36,555 bases of DNA, taken from contig JAZGGE010000287.1 of NCBI GenBank assembly GCA_036480195.1, positions 1 through 36,555 of the forward strand. The letters are read 5' to 3'. The notes beneath the pieces are model-generated. The model was not told the DNA's origin. It made no database searches and saw nothing but the letters and a program-made list of their open reading frames with translations. The position numbers and the translations under genes are program-made. The stretch is from Methylococcales bacterium (GTDB lineage Bacteria > Pseudomonadota > Gammaproteobacteria > Methylococcales > JAZGGE01). Each line of letters begins with the position of its first letter. The stretch's first letter is position 1. Shown here in pieces: positions 20,801 to 28,078 of the stretch.

Positions 20801-20894
20801 TTTCTGAAAAATAGGCAAGTCCTTGCTTAACTAAGTCACTGGAAGCAATGGAATGCAAGCGTTCGGTATCGTAGAGGAAAAAATCATTATCCAT
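17865..20894 (-). CDS. SWIM zinc finger-SNF2 family ATPase/helicase with C-terminal extension
   Basis: Two SWIM motifs (CDC..CRH, CTCPD..CKH); LADDMGLGKT, DEAQ, SGTPLEN, QRIARIHRLGQ. Start ATG 20894 or TTG 20900. Confidence 0.92.
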   Translation of the reverse strand: MDNDFFLYDTERLHSIASSDLVKQGLAYFSENRVFALDRVDDRLTAQVEDAEDDEPYWLELCHKDGQLIASCDCHEGTDVCRHTVAVLYAYADQFGFEEDVKTLGSAVDEAIQERIKKGHNEVRVKLVEGNLGFGTWQASSIVSTTHWQKSYRVQIRSLDQRMNYCTCPDLASNRLGTCKHIEAVVHYAKKQPGYAKLKAAGCPVSFVHLVWESATRPVIRVHHKPEIEAGLAAIALEYFDQNGVFSGRLPDDFYRFSEQVCGRDDFQLGDDVIQFVRQCADDAAQAIRGQKIEQEILRTNGVLPGIKARLFPYQSEGVAFLASRGRALLADDMGLGKTLQAISATSWLADNEGVQRVLVLCPASLKHQWAREIQKFTARSVQIIQGNVESRMVQYRADALFFIINYELVLRDLTVINETLKADLIILDEAQRIKNWRTKLASTVKLIPSRYVFVLSGTPLENRLEDLYSLLQVVDARVLGPLWRCLLDFHITDERGKVIGYRNLSELRRRIASVMLRRNRSLVSDQLPDRTEISLDIPMTDEQLELHDYALSTAGRLAHIAKRRPLTPGEQNRMMAALQQARMACNAAGLVDKETEGSPKLDELARLLEELCLQSNRKVVVFSQWALMTEMVESLARSLKLGCVRLHGGVPSHKRGDLMDRFQNDAAVQVFISTDAGGTGLNLQSATALINLDMPWNPAVLDQRIARIHRLGQKQKVQIFLLLAENSYEQRVASLVKGKRALFDNVISPDASEDVVGVSKKMLQTLIDDLAEAEPKMAQEVTEQLAPVAESVQKDSEILVKETTPVVEEDESRLRQLIEEIQNVFSNRLERILGSGGGLLVVVNPMNDVDEQVAEDLSQSELPIAVIDSRTLRSLQRLGTASPVAETRVIFESAESEEKPENLLLEAARQKLNSAEVLLQQGCTAGVMDLLASALVLKVAGLNGQTQPPSLDSAVVWLYSEIVPAQVLTPEQAGTMVRIISLSQSPEVPDALVEQSFVDVNLLFSVLI

Positions 20895-20928
20895 GTTCAA
20901 ATCTTCTGCTAAATCGGGATGTCGGTAT

Positions 20929-21090
20929 TATACCTTTCGCGTTCAAGAATGCCCGTTTTGGGTGGGTATATTTTTGTGAAGGGCTAGAGGTAGAACCGCA
21001 GGAAGAGTCATCTCTTTCAAGGTTCTACAACGACGCTCTTCGCGCAAAGATGTGCGCTGAAAATGGGTATTCTTGGGCGCGAGAGGTATA
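20929..21090. mobile_element. MITE-like element A1 (162 bp, TATACC...GGTATA termini)
   Basis: Left end TATACCTTTCGCGTTCAAGAATGCCCGTTTT versus reverse complement of the right end, TATACCTCTCGCGCCCAAGAATACCCATTTT. Confidence 0.8.
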
Positions 21091-21109
21091 AATGACATTA
21101 GAAGCGTTA

Positions 21110-23128
21110 TTACTCAGTCACCATCGCGTCCCGCGCTGCCATAAGAAGCGTTTGTGCCTGGGTTAATACCTGCTTTCTGCGGTTCCAACTCCAGGTTTTA
21201 CGAGCTTTTTTCTGTTTCTTGATGGCTCTATTGACCAGAATGAGTGCTTCTGGGTTCGCGTTAACCTGGCCACCCATCAGAACTTCTGTGGCATCGCTAG
21301 AATCTGCCAGAGCCTGATGAATTATTTTTCTGCTGTGGCGGATACGGTTTAATCCCTTGGAATGTTCCAATTGCTGGTAGGCACTATCTACATTATCGAC
21401 TGCGCTGAGTGTTCTGAGGAACAGGGCGATGGCAACGACAGTGGACGACTCCATCTTGATGCCACGATCGTCAGCATTGTTAAAGGCATCACTATTGTAG
21501 AATGCGACCGCCTCTTCAATGGTGTTGACGGAGTGATTGTGGAAGAAGGGTGCCGTATCGGCACGGAAGGCGTCCACCATGCTGAATTTTTTATTTCCGT
21601 AACAGGGTTGATCATTATTGATACCGCAATCGCTATTGACAGTATCGCCAAATCCTCCATCAATAGGAATTGTGGCGTCAATCAGTCGGTGCATTGGGTG
21701 AGGGAGATCTTCAATTCCGGTGTTGCGATTGCCGTTTGCCAGGGTACTGGAACTGATGGCTCCGGCATGGAAGTGGCAGCCTTTGCATTCTCCTGTGCCC
21801 ATAGTGAAAGGCCCGCTGGAAGGATCCTTTGAGTGAAACAGTTCCTTACCCTTTTCGACGATCGGACTGCTAAAAGCCATCGAATCCAGGTTCCAGGGAT
21901 CTTGTCGGCCAAGAGACAGAAGATAGGCTTCAATGGCATCGAGTTCATCTTCAGTAGGAAGCCGAAAATCCTCTCCCTCTGTGCGGCCAAGTGTTCTTGG
22001 GAGATGCTGGATAATTGCCCCGATAACAAACATTCGCAAACTGCCGCAATTGGGAGAGCCGTCCCCAGACCAGCCAAGCATATCTTCGCAGTGCTGAATT
22101 TCCGGATCTTTGGCTGCAGGTTCCTTACCCATGGATAATCCCAAGGAGAGAGTATGGGGTGCGGCCCGAAGTGTAGCAGGCTTGTCAAACCCATCTATAT
22201 TCGCTTTAAATAAAGCTAATTGCCGAATTAACTGAGCATTTTCGAGGTTGGCGAGGTCTGGATTATTTTCATGGACGAATAATGGATCATCATCGCGTAG
22301 TTTGGCGATATAGTTGGGGTCGATGGTATGGTTGTTATCCAGTCGGTGACAGGTTTCACAAGTACGGCCATTTCCATCAAAGGTTTCGTTGATGAATAGA
22401 TCCCGGCCTTTGGCGATTTGTTCGCCAAGTATCACTTCCAGATTTCGATGTAGGCCGTCGGCAAGTACAGGTTTTGGCAGCAAGAATTGGAAGGGTGTGG
22501 CGACTCTTCCCTGATTTTCAGGATGGCTGATATTGCCGATATCAGTAATTGTCCATAGCTGATCGGTATAAAACAAACGCTGGAAAAAGCTTGGGCTGCC
22601 GTACAATAATCCACCATTATTCGGAGTTTGGTTTACCTTTGCGACAACGACCTGATCAAGCTTGAAGCCTTCGAGTTTCGAACGATTTAGCCAGGTGAGA
22701 ATTTGATGAGTTTCATCTTTGTATTGCAAGCTTCCGATCTTTACTTTTCGGTTTGCGCTATGGCTTAAATCGGGTTCTTTCTGGTTGTCAATAAACCAGA
22801 GGTCGTATTCGTTCCGGTTATCAAGGCCCATTACAGTAACTTCAGTCTTACCATCTAGCAGATTGATTTGGATAGATCCAGTCGCGGAAAGGGTTTCTTT
22901 TGAAAAAGCACGGCTATAGGCAAGCGGTAGACTTAAAATTTCTCCACCTTGATTCCTGGTGTAGCGTTGTTTCCATCTTTCAAAGGTAAGCTTTAGAGTT
23001 TTTGGATTGCCTCTACCCGTGATGAGCTGGGTTTCATTGTTACCTGGGTCGTATTTTTGCAGGGTAATGGATAACCCTGTAATTAACATGGTTATTAATG
23101 CCAAACAGAGTAGCGTTTTTGTTCTCAT
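21110..23128 (-). CDS. Exported or membrane-anchored di-heme cytochrome c, peroxidase/MauG superfamily, with N-terminal extra domain
   Basis: CETCH and CKGCH heme motifs; GRDLF and GKELF helices; ADTAPFFHN; N-terminal hydrophobic segment. Confidence 0.82.
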   Translation of the reverse strand: MRTKTLLCLALITMLITGLSITLQKYDPGNNETQLITGRGNPKTLKLTFERWKQRYTRNQGGEILSLPLAYSRAFSKETLSATGSIQINLLDGKTEVTVMGLDNRNEYDLWFIDNQKEPDLSHSANRKVKIGSLQYKDETHQILTWLNRSKLEGFKLDQVVVAKVNQTPNNGGLLYGSPSFFQRLFYTDQLWTITDIGNISHPENQGRVATPFQFLLPKPVLADGLHRNLEVILGEQIAKGRDLFINETFDGNGRTCETCHRLDNNHTIDPNYIAKLRDDDPLFVHENNPDLANLENAQLIRQLALFKANIDGFDKPATLRAAPHTLSLGLSMGKEPAAKDPEIQHCEDMLGWSGDGSPNCGSLRMFVIGAIIQHLPRTLGRTEGEDFRLPTEDELDAIEAYLLSLGRQDPWNLDSMAFSSPIVEKGKELFHSKDPSSGPFTMGTGECKGCHFHAGAISSSTLANGNRNTGIEDLPHPMHRLIDATIPIDGGFGDTVNSDCGINNDQPCYGNKKFSMVDAFRADTAPFFHNHSVNTIEEAVAFYNSDAFNNADDRGIKMESSTVVAIALFLRTLSAVDNVDSAYQQLEHSKGLNRIRHSRKIIHQALADSSDATEVLMGGQVNANPEALILVNRAIKKQKKARKTWSWNRRKQVLTQAQTLLMAARDAMVTE

Positions 23129-23202
23129 CGTCCAATCCTCTTAGTTTTCTTTGTTTTCGGTTATGGTAGGATTTGATAGCACTCCCTCTCCCTATGGGGA
23201 GT

Positions 23203-23297
23203 TATACCTCTCGCGCCCAAGAATACCCATTTTTAGCGTGCATCTTTTCGCGAAGAGCGTCGTTGTAGAACCTTGAAAGAGGCGGTTCTACGCCTAG
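23203..23297. mobile_element. Element A2: inverted, truncated copy of A1 ending at CTAG
   Basis: Matches the reverse complement of the right part of A1 with an internal deletion of about 12 nt. Confidence 0.85.
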
Positions 23298-23455
23298 GAG
23301 GCTGTCCGAGAATAGAGAATCTACTGCGGAAAAGCCCATTTTGGCCAGATTTTTCGATCATTTTCGTTAAATAGCCCACTATTCGCCTCAAATGATCGAA
23401 AAATCTGACTCAAAATGGGTTTCCCTCGCTACGGTTTCTATTCTCGGACAGCCTC
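23298..23455. mobile_element. MITE B1 (158 bp) flanked by CTAG duplication
   Basis: Perfect 18-bp TIR GAGGCTGTCCGAGAATAG / CTATTCTCGGACAGCCTC; CTAG at 23294-97 and 23456-59. Confidence 0.88.
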
Positions 23456-23459
23456 CTAG

Positions 23460-23520
23460 TCAGCTATAGGAAAGACAATGCCTTATGAGCATCAAAAAGC
23501 ATTGTCATTCCTATAGCTGA
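23460..23520. mobile_element. Mini hairpin element C (61 bp) flanked by CTAG
   Basis: TCAGCTATAGGAAAGACAATGC / GCATTGTCATTCCTATAGCTGA; CTAG at 23456-59 and 23521-24. Confidence 0.75.
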
Positions 23521-23563
23521 CTAGCCACATTGCGGATAGGCACTTACCTACGTTAATAGTTAA

Positions 23564-23579
23564 AGCACTATGCATGCCA
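23564..23579 (-). promoter_or_regulatory. Candidate sigma-54 (-24/-12) promoter for the di-heme gene
   Basis: Minus strand TGGCATGCATAGTGCT, with GG-N10-GC spacing, pointing toward the ATG at 23128. Confidence 0.5.
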
Positions 23580-23790
23580 TTCGTAGAGCCAAAAATAGTA
23601 TTATCGGTTTGTGAGTTAAGGGCTACGGCGTTCTCGTCCGGAGATTAGAAATAGGAACTTGAAAAATAACGGAGGAAGATTCGAATGAGGCCATTGGAAC
23701 CCTAATTATTTATGTTATATGCCATATTGAGTAGGGCATATGACGCAAACCTGTTGTGGGCGAATAGTAACTCGCCTTTTCATCAGTTTT

Positions 23791-23852
23791 AGGTGTTGTA
23801 CAAATAGTGGCGTAGTTTGTCTATGCACCTATGTTGTATGTCCTGATGTGAA
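23791..23852 (-). repeat. Degenerate core of element family E
   Basis: TGTTGTACAAATAGTGGCGTAGTTTGTCTATGCACCTATGTTGT resembles 24970-25012 and the reverse complement of the E1 core. Confidence 0.55.
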
Positions 23853-24158
23853 ATTAACGTACGGCCTTAGTCGTGTCCTTTGATACAACCTCGACGGAGT
23901 GCCGGTCTCGGGATTCTATCTAATTTTTGTTCTTAGCGACTAGGCTTGACTGTAGGGGCTTAGGCGCGACAAATAGGGTACGGTCGAGTGTTCACTTAAA
24001 AAGATACTGGAAATTCCTTTATGGTTGCGGTACGCTTATATCTATTGCATGATGTTCAGCATTTTTCAGAAGTACCTTCCCAGTTCTCTCCTGTAAATTG
24101 CCAGGTAGTGTTGCAATTCAATGTTCTTTTATTTATACATCTAAAGGTGGTTAATACA

Positions 24159-24365
24159 ATGGTTTCAGGTACTGTAAAATGGTTTAACGACGGAAAAGGT
24201 TATGGGTTTATTTCGCCTGCCGATGGTAGTGCCGATGTTTTTGTCCACTTTTCTTCGATTGCCTCTGAAGGTTTTCGATCCTTATCTGAAGGTCAAGCGG
24301 TTCGTTATGAGGTAGAAGACGGTCCCAAGGGGCCGCAAGCAGCACAAGTAATGGTTGATAGCTAG
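24159..24365 (+). CDS. Cold-shock protein (CspA family)
   Basis: [15 protein letters not shown] and DVFVHFS (RNP1/RNP2). ATG 24159 follows AAAGGTGG. Confidence 0.95.
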   Translation: MVSGTVKWFNDGKGYGFISPADGSADVFVHFSSIASEGFRSLSEGQAVRYEVEDGPKGPQAAQVMVDS

Positions 24366-24511
24366 GAGACTGTCCTGGAATAGGGAGCCAATTGTGAGAA
24401 AACTGTTTGGCCAGATTTTTGTTAAATAGCCCACTATTCACCTCAATTGATCTAAGAATCTGATTCCGAAGGGCTTTCTCCTCGCAACAGTTTCTATTCT
24501 CGGACAGCCTC
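24366..24511. mobile_element. MITE B2, degenerate copy inserted at the csp stop codon
   Basis: CTAG-GAGACTGTCCTGGAATAG ... CTATTCTCGGACAGCCTC-CTGG. Internal GTTAAATAGCCCACTATTC is shared with B1. Confidence 0.85.
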
Positions 24512-24644
24512 CTGGCCATAGACTTGGTTGCCTGTTTTGACCCCTGCAGCAAGCAAGCTGTGGGCTTTTTCGTTTTTCCATAACAAAGTTAATAAGATTT
24601 GTCATGGGGTTCGATACCTTCTCTAACTTAAATGGTTATGCAAT

Positions 24645-24917
24645 TTGAAAAGAATATTTGTTGGAAGTTTACCCTCTGAAGCCACAGAAGAATCTGTTAC
24701 GGCATTGTTCTCTGAGTTTGGTACAGTGCGTGGAATACAACTTATTACGGACGTATTTAGTGGCCATTGTCGGGGCTTTGGATTTGTTGATATGGAAGGG
24801 CATGAAGCGAGAGCAGCTATTGCAGGGCTTGATGGCAAGATGCACGCCGGAAAGCCTTTAAAAGTTAGGTTTGAAGACGTGCGGGCTTCTCGTGGTAAAA
24901 AAGGCCGACGCCGTTAG
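24645..24917 (+). CDS. RRM-domain RNA-binding protein
   Basis: IFVGSL (RNP2), RGFGFVDM (RNP1), basic tail; TTG start. Confidence 0.9.
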   Translation: MKRIFVGSLPSEATEESVTALFSEFGTVRGIQLITDVFSGHCRGFGFVDMEGHEARAAIAGLDGKMHAGKPLKVRFEDVRASRGKKGRRR

Positions 24918-25074
24918 GAATCGATCAAATAAAGCTAGAATATGTCTTGTTTTTTTAGCCGTCTTCTCATGCTGTGCAAATAGTGGTGCAGTTTGTTACG
25001 CGCCTATTTGTGCGTTTTGAATATGAATAAAATCCGGTGCGGGTTTCAGTTTTTTATTTAGTTCTGGTTCCTTA
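24914..25074 (-). repeat. Degenerate near-full-length element of family E beginning at the RRM stop codon
   Basis: GCGCCTATTTGTGCGTTTTGAATATGAATAAAATCC matches the E1 reverse complement GCGCCTGTTTCTGCGCCTTGAAGATGAAAAAAAATCC. Weak terminal IR. Confidence 0.6.
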
Positions 25075-25112
25075 ACAAACAAAGAATTAACCTAAGGTTT
25101 TTATGAATCAAA

Positions 25113-25592
25113 ATGGTGGTATGTAAAGTCTACGAAGGGCAGCTCCACATTCAGGATGCAAAATTTTGTCTTGTTGTATCACGGTTCAACAGTTTCATTG
25201 TCGAACAATTGCTCAATGGCGCGATTGACGCGTTATCCAGGCACGGTATTGATAAGCAGTCAATAGAAATTGTAAGAGCTCCAGGTGCTTTCGAATTACC
25301 TATTACTGTCCAGAGAGTGGCAAAAACAGGAACGTATGATGCAATTGTTGCGCTAGGTGCAGTAATACGAGGAGATACGCCACATTTTGAGTATGTTGCT
25401 GGGGAGTGTGTTAAGGGTATTGCTGGCGTTTCGCTCAGTTTTGATATCCCGGTTAGCTTTGGCGTTTTGACGGTTGATACACTGGAGCAAGCCATAGAAA
25501 GGGCGGGTACAAAAGCTGGAAATAAGGGTGCCGAGGCGGCATTGTCTGCCTTGGAAATGGTTAGTTTGTTTCGTGAGTTAGAAAAACGATGA
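25113..25592 (+). CDS. ribH: 6,7-dimethyl-8-ribityllumazine synthase
   Basis: [34 protein letters not shown]. Confidence 0.97.
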   Translation: MVVCKVYEGQLHIQDAKFCLVVSRFNSFIVEQLLNGAIDALSRHGIDKQSIEIVRAPGAFELPITVQRVAKTGTYDAIVALGAVIRGDTPHFEYVAGECVKGIAGVSLSFDIPVSFGVLTVDTLEQAIERAGTKAGNKGAEAALSALEMVSLFRELEKR

Positions 25593-26035
25593 GTACTGCG
25601 CGAACCCAAGCGCGTCGCTGTGCTGTTCAAGCACTTTATCAGTGGCAAGTGGCTGGTCAAGAGTTATGCAATATCGAAAAACAGTTTCTGGAAGATCCCG
25701 ATTATATTATTGGTCAGTCAAGCTATTTCCGTGAGCTATTGTATGGTGTCCCTAAAGATTTAGGGCGAATCGATGCTGCGTTGAGCCAGTTTGTCGATCG
25801 ACCGATAGAGAAACTTGATCCCGTTGAACGCGCGATATTACGGATTGGAGCGTACGAATTGCTTCACCGTTTGGATATTCCCTTTAAGGTCGTTCTCAAC
25901 GAAGGAATCAATTTGGCAAAACGGTTCGGGGCAACTGAGAGCCATAAATATGTGAATGGTGTGCTGCATAAAGTCGCTAGAAAGCATCGGACAGTAGAAA
26001 GGCAGACTTATATCGAGCCGGCCTCAACGGGGTAG
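25589..26035 (+). CDS. nusB: Transcription antitermination factor NusB
   Basis: [28 protein letters not shown]; ATGA overlap with ribH. Confidence 0.97.
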   Translation: MSTARTQARRCAVQALYQWQVAGQELCNIEKQFLEDPDYIIGQSSYFRELLYGVPKDLGRIDAALSQFVDRPIEKLDPVERAILRIGAYELLHRLDIPFKVVLNEGINLAKRFGATESHKYVNGVLHKVARKHRTVERQTYIEPASTG

Positions 26036-26036
26036 C

Positions 26037-27017
26037 GTGTCGCTTACAGAATTTGATCTGATCCGACGGTATTTCCTTCGCAAAAAAACAACTAGACATT
26101 CCGCTACGGTTTTGGGGATAGGCGATGATTGTGCTTTGTTGTCGATGGACGAAAAGTACGAACTGGCAGTTACCATAGATACAATGGTGGAAGGAACGCA
26201 TTTTTTCCCGGGAGTTAATCCGGTATCATTGGGACACAAAGCATTAGCGGTAAATCTAAGTGATTTGGCTGCGATGGGTGCTGATCCTCGTTGGATTACC
26301 TTGGGATTAACGTTGCCAAATGCAGACGAGGGTTGGCTGAATGGATTTGCCAGGGGATTGTTCCAATTAGCCGATAAGTTCTCTGTGGATTTGATTGGCG
26401 GCGATACGACTCGTGGACCCTTGGCTGTATCGATACAAGCTCTCGGGGTATTGCCCAAAAGTACGGCGTTATTTCGTGGGGCTGCACAAACTGGTGATTT
26501 GCTTTTTGTCACCGGTTATATCGGAGATGCTGGCATTGGACTTCTGATGGAACAACAGAAATTGCCGTTTCGAGATGAGCAGGCGCTTAGAAAATTGCAT
26601 TTCCCGCAGCCTCAAGTTAATGTTGGCTTGGCAATTCGAACGATGGCGAATGCCTGTATCGATATTTCCGACGGGCTATTAGCCGATCTCGGTCATATTT
26701 TGGAAGAAAGCAATGTCGGGGCAACCATCAACTTTGAAAAAATTCCTTTTTCACATTCCGTTCAGCGATATATTAGGGAAAGTTGTGATTGGCGGTTTCC
26801 TTTAGGTGCTGGTGATGACTATGAGCTCTGTTTTACCGTAGAGTCTGGACGGGAATCTGAGTTACATAGAGCTATGAGTAGGCTTGGTACTCCGTATACA
26901 TGCATAGGAAGGATTGAAGAAACTCCTGGAATTCGGCTTTTAAAAGAAGGCGAATTGCAGACTGTTTCTGCTGCAGGGTATCGGCATTTTTCCGCAGTAG
27001 AGCGGGGTGGTCATTGA
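26037..27017 (+). CDS. thiL: Thiamine-monophosphate kinase
   Basis: EFDLI, GIGDDCA, NLSDLAAMG, GGDTT, DISDGL, GDDYEL. Confidence 0.96.
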   Translation: MSLTEFDLIRRYFLRKKTTRHSATVLGIGDDCALLSMDEKYELAVTIDTMVEGTHFFPGVNPVSLGHKALAVNLSDLAAMGADPRWITLGLTLPNADEGWLNGFARGLFQLADKFSVDLIGGDTTRGPLAVSIQALGVLPKSTALFRGAAQTGDLLFVTGYIGDAGIGLLMEQQKLPFRDEQALRKLHFPQPQVNVGLAIRTMANACIDISDGLLADLGHILEESNVGATINFEKIPFSHSVQRYIRESCDWRFPLGAGDDYELCFTVESGRESELHRAMSRLGTPYTCIGRIEETPGIRLLKEGELQTVSAAGYRHFSAVERGGH

Positions 27018-27072
27018 ACTGCTTTCATCTGATTTCAGTCCGAGTGTCTCTATCTTTTGCTGTTTCGATGTA

Positions 27073-27279
27073 ATGCAACGCATATATGATGCTCAAGATG
27101 TAATAGAGGGAAATATTCTTAAAGGCTTGTTGGAACAGTGCGGAGTAGCCGCAAATATTACTGGATACTATCTTCAAGGAGGAATTGGCGAACTTCCGGT
27201 TAGCGGGACGGTTTCGATATGGGTAGAGAACGAAGATGTAGAACAGGCTCAGAGTATAGTTGATGAGTATAGAAAATAA
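27073..27279 (+). CDS. DUF2007 / putative signal-transducing small protein
   Basis: MQRIYDAQDVIEGNILKGLLEQCGV...LQGGIGELP pattern. Start trimmed to ATG 27073. Confidence 0.75.
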   Translation: MQRIYDAQDVIEGNILKGLLEQCGVAANITGYYLQGGIGELPVSGTVSIWVENEDVEQAQSIVDEYRK

Positions 27280-27325
27280 GAATACATCGTGTGCATCAAT
27301 TCATTGGAGATAATATTAAGTAAAA

Positions 27326-27811
27326 ATGACTATAGACGTAGACAGTTTTAAAAAAGCCCTTCAAGATTGGGCATCAGGCGTTACCGTTGTCACGACAAAA
27401 ACGGATCGATTTGGTTGCCAGGGGATGACGGCCACAGCGTTTTCCAGTGTATCGGTCGATCCACCTCTGATTTTAGTTTGCCTCAACAAATCGGCGGATA
27501 CTGCTGAAGGCATAAAGGAAAGTCAATGTTTTGCTGTCAATATTCTCAATTCGGATCAACAGGAGATTTCCAATAGTTTTGCCGGTGGGAGTACCCAGGA
27601 AGAACGCTTTAAAAGTGTCACTTGGAGTGAATCTACAACGGGTGCTCCAATTCTTGATTCAAGCCTTGCATCACTCGACTGCCGGGTCGTGGATCAGGTT
27701 TTTGCGGGGACTCACTGGATTATTATTGGTGAAGTGCAAGACGTGATTTGTCGATCTGGAGAACCGCTCTTGTACTATCAGGGTGGCTACCAAACACTTT
27801 TGAAGCCCTGA
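27326..27811 (+). CDS. Flavin reductase-like family protein
   Basis: ASGVTVVT, GMTATAFSSVSVDPPLILVC, GTHWIIIG, PLLY. Confidence 0.92.
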   Translation: MTIDVDSFKKALQDWASGVTVVTTKTDRFGCQGMTATAFSSVSVDPPLILVCLNKSADTAEGIKESQCFAVNILNSDQQEISNSFAGGSTQEERFKSVTWSESTTGAPILDSSLASLDCRVVDQVFAGTHWIIIGEVQDVICRSGEPLLYYQGGYQTLLKP

Positions 27812-27813
27812 TC

Positions 27814-27866
27814 TCCGCGATAATTTACCCACCCAGAACGGGCATCCTTAAACGGAAAAGATTATA
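27814..27866. repeat. Remnant of element A (the end that is missing from A2)
   Basis: AATTTACCCACCCAGAACGGGCATCCTTAAACGGAAAAGATTATA versus A1 reverse complement AATATACCCACCCAAAACGGGCATTCTTGAACGCGAAAGGTATA. Confidence 0.7.
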
Positions 27867-28078
27867 TAATTCAGGCTATTATGGGCCTTGGGTCTGGCCA
27901 AACCCAGATTCTTTTCTAGAAACAATTCCGTCCCTATTTCTTCGCAGCTAGTATGGCGGTAGATACGAAAACTTGACACCATTACCCCCTTGTGGCGTAT
28001 ATTTAGCTGTGTCGTCACGAAAAGTTACGGCATTCTCTATGTCAATAATAATATACTTTAAATTAGAGGGGGATTTCA

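Noticed and set aside
21555-21590. TPSV in an alternative frame where the di-heme family usually has a TPxL motif (possible compensated frameshift)
   Set aside because: The main frame stays open and the match is only four residues. It cannot be told from chance without an orthologue alignment.
23203-23524. Possible CRISPR or integron attC array
   Set aside because: The units are dissimilar palindromes, not direct repeats with spacers. There is no cas or intI gene and no attC-type ends.
24208-24552. 114-aa minus-strand ORF and the other short antisense ORFs in the track
   Set aside because: They overlap well-supported genes or MITEs and have no recognisable motifs.
24600-24625. GGGGTTCGATACC, resembling a tRNA T-arm
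   Set aside because: No acceptor, D or anticodon stems could be built around it.
27973-28003. TTGACA...TATATT promoter candidate
   Set aside because: The spacer is 19 bp, outside the usual range, so it is not called without TSS data.
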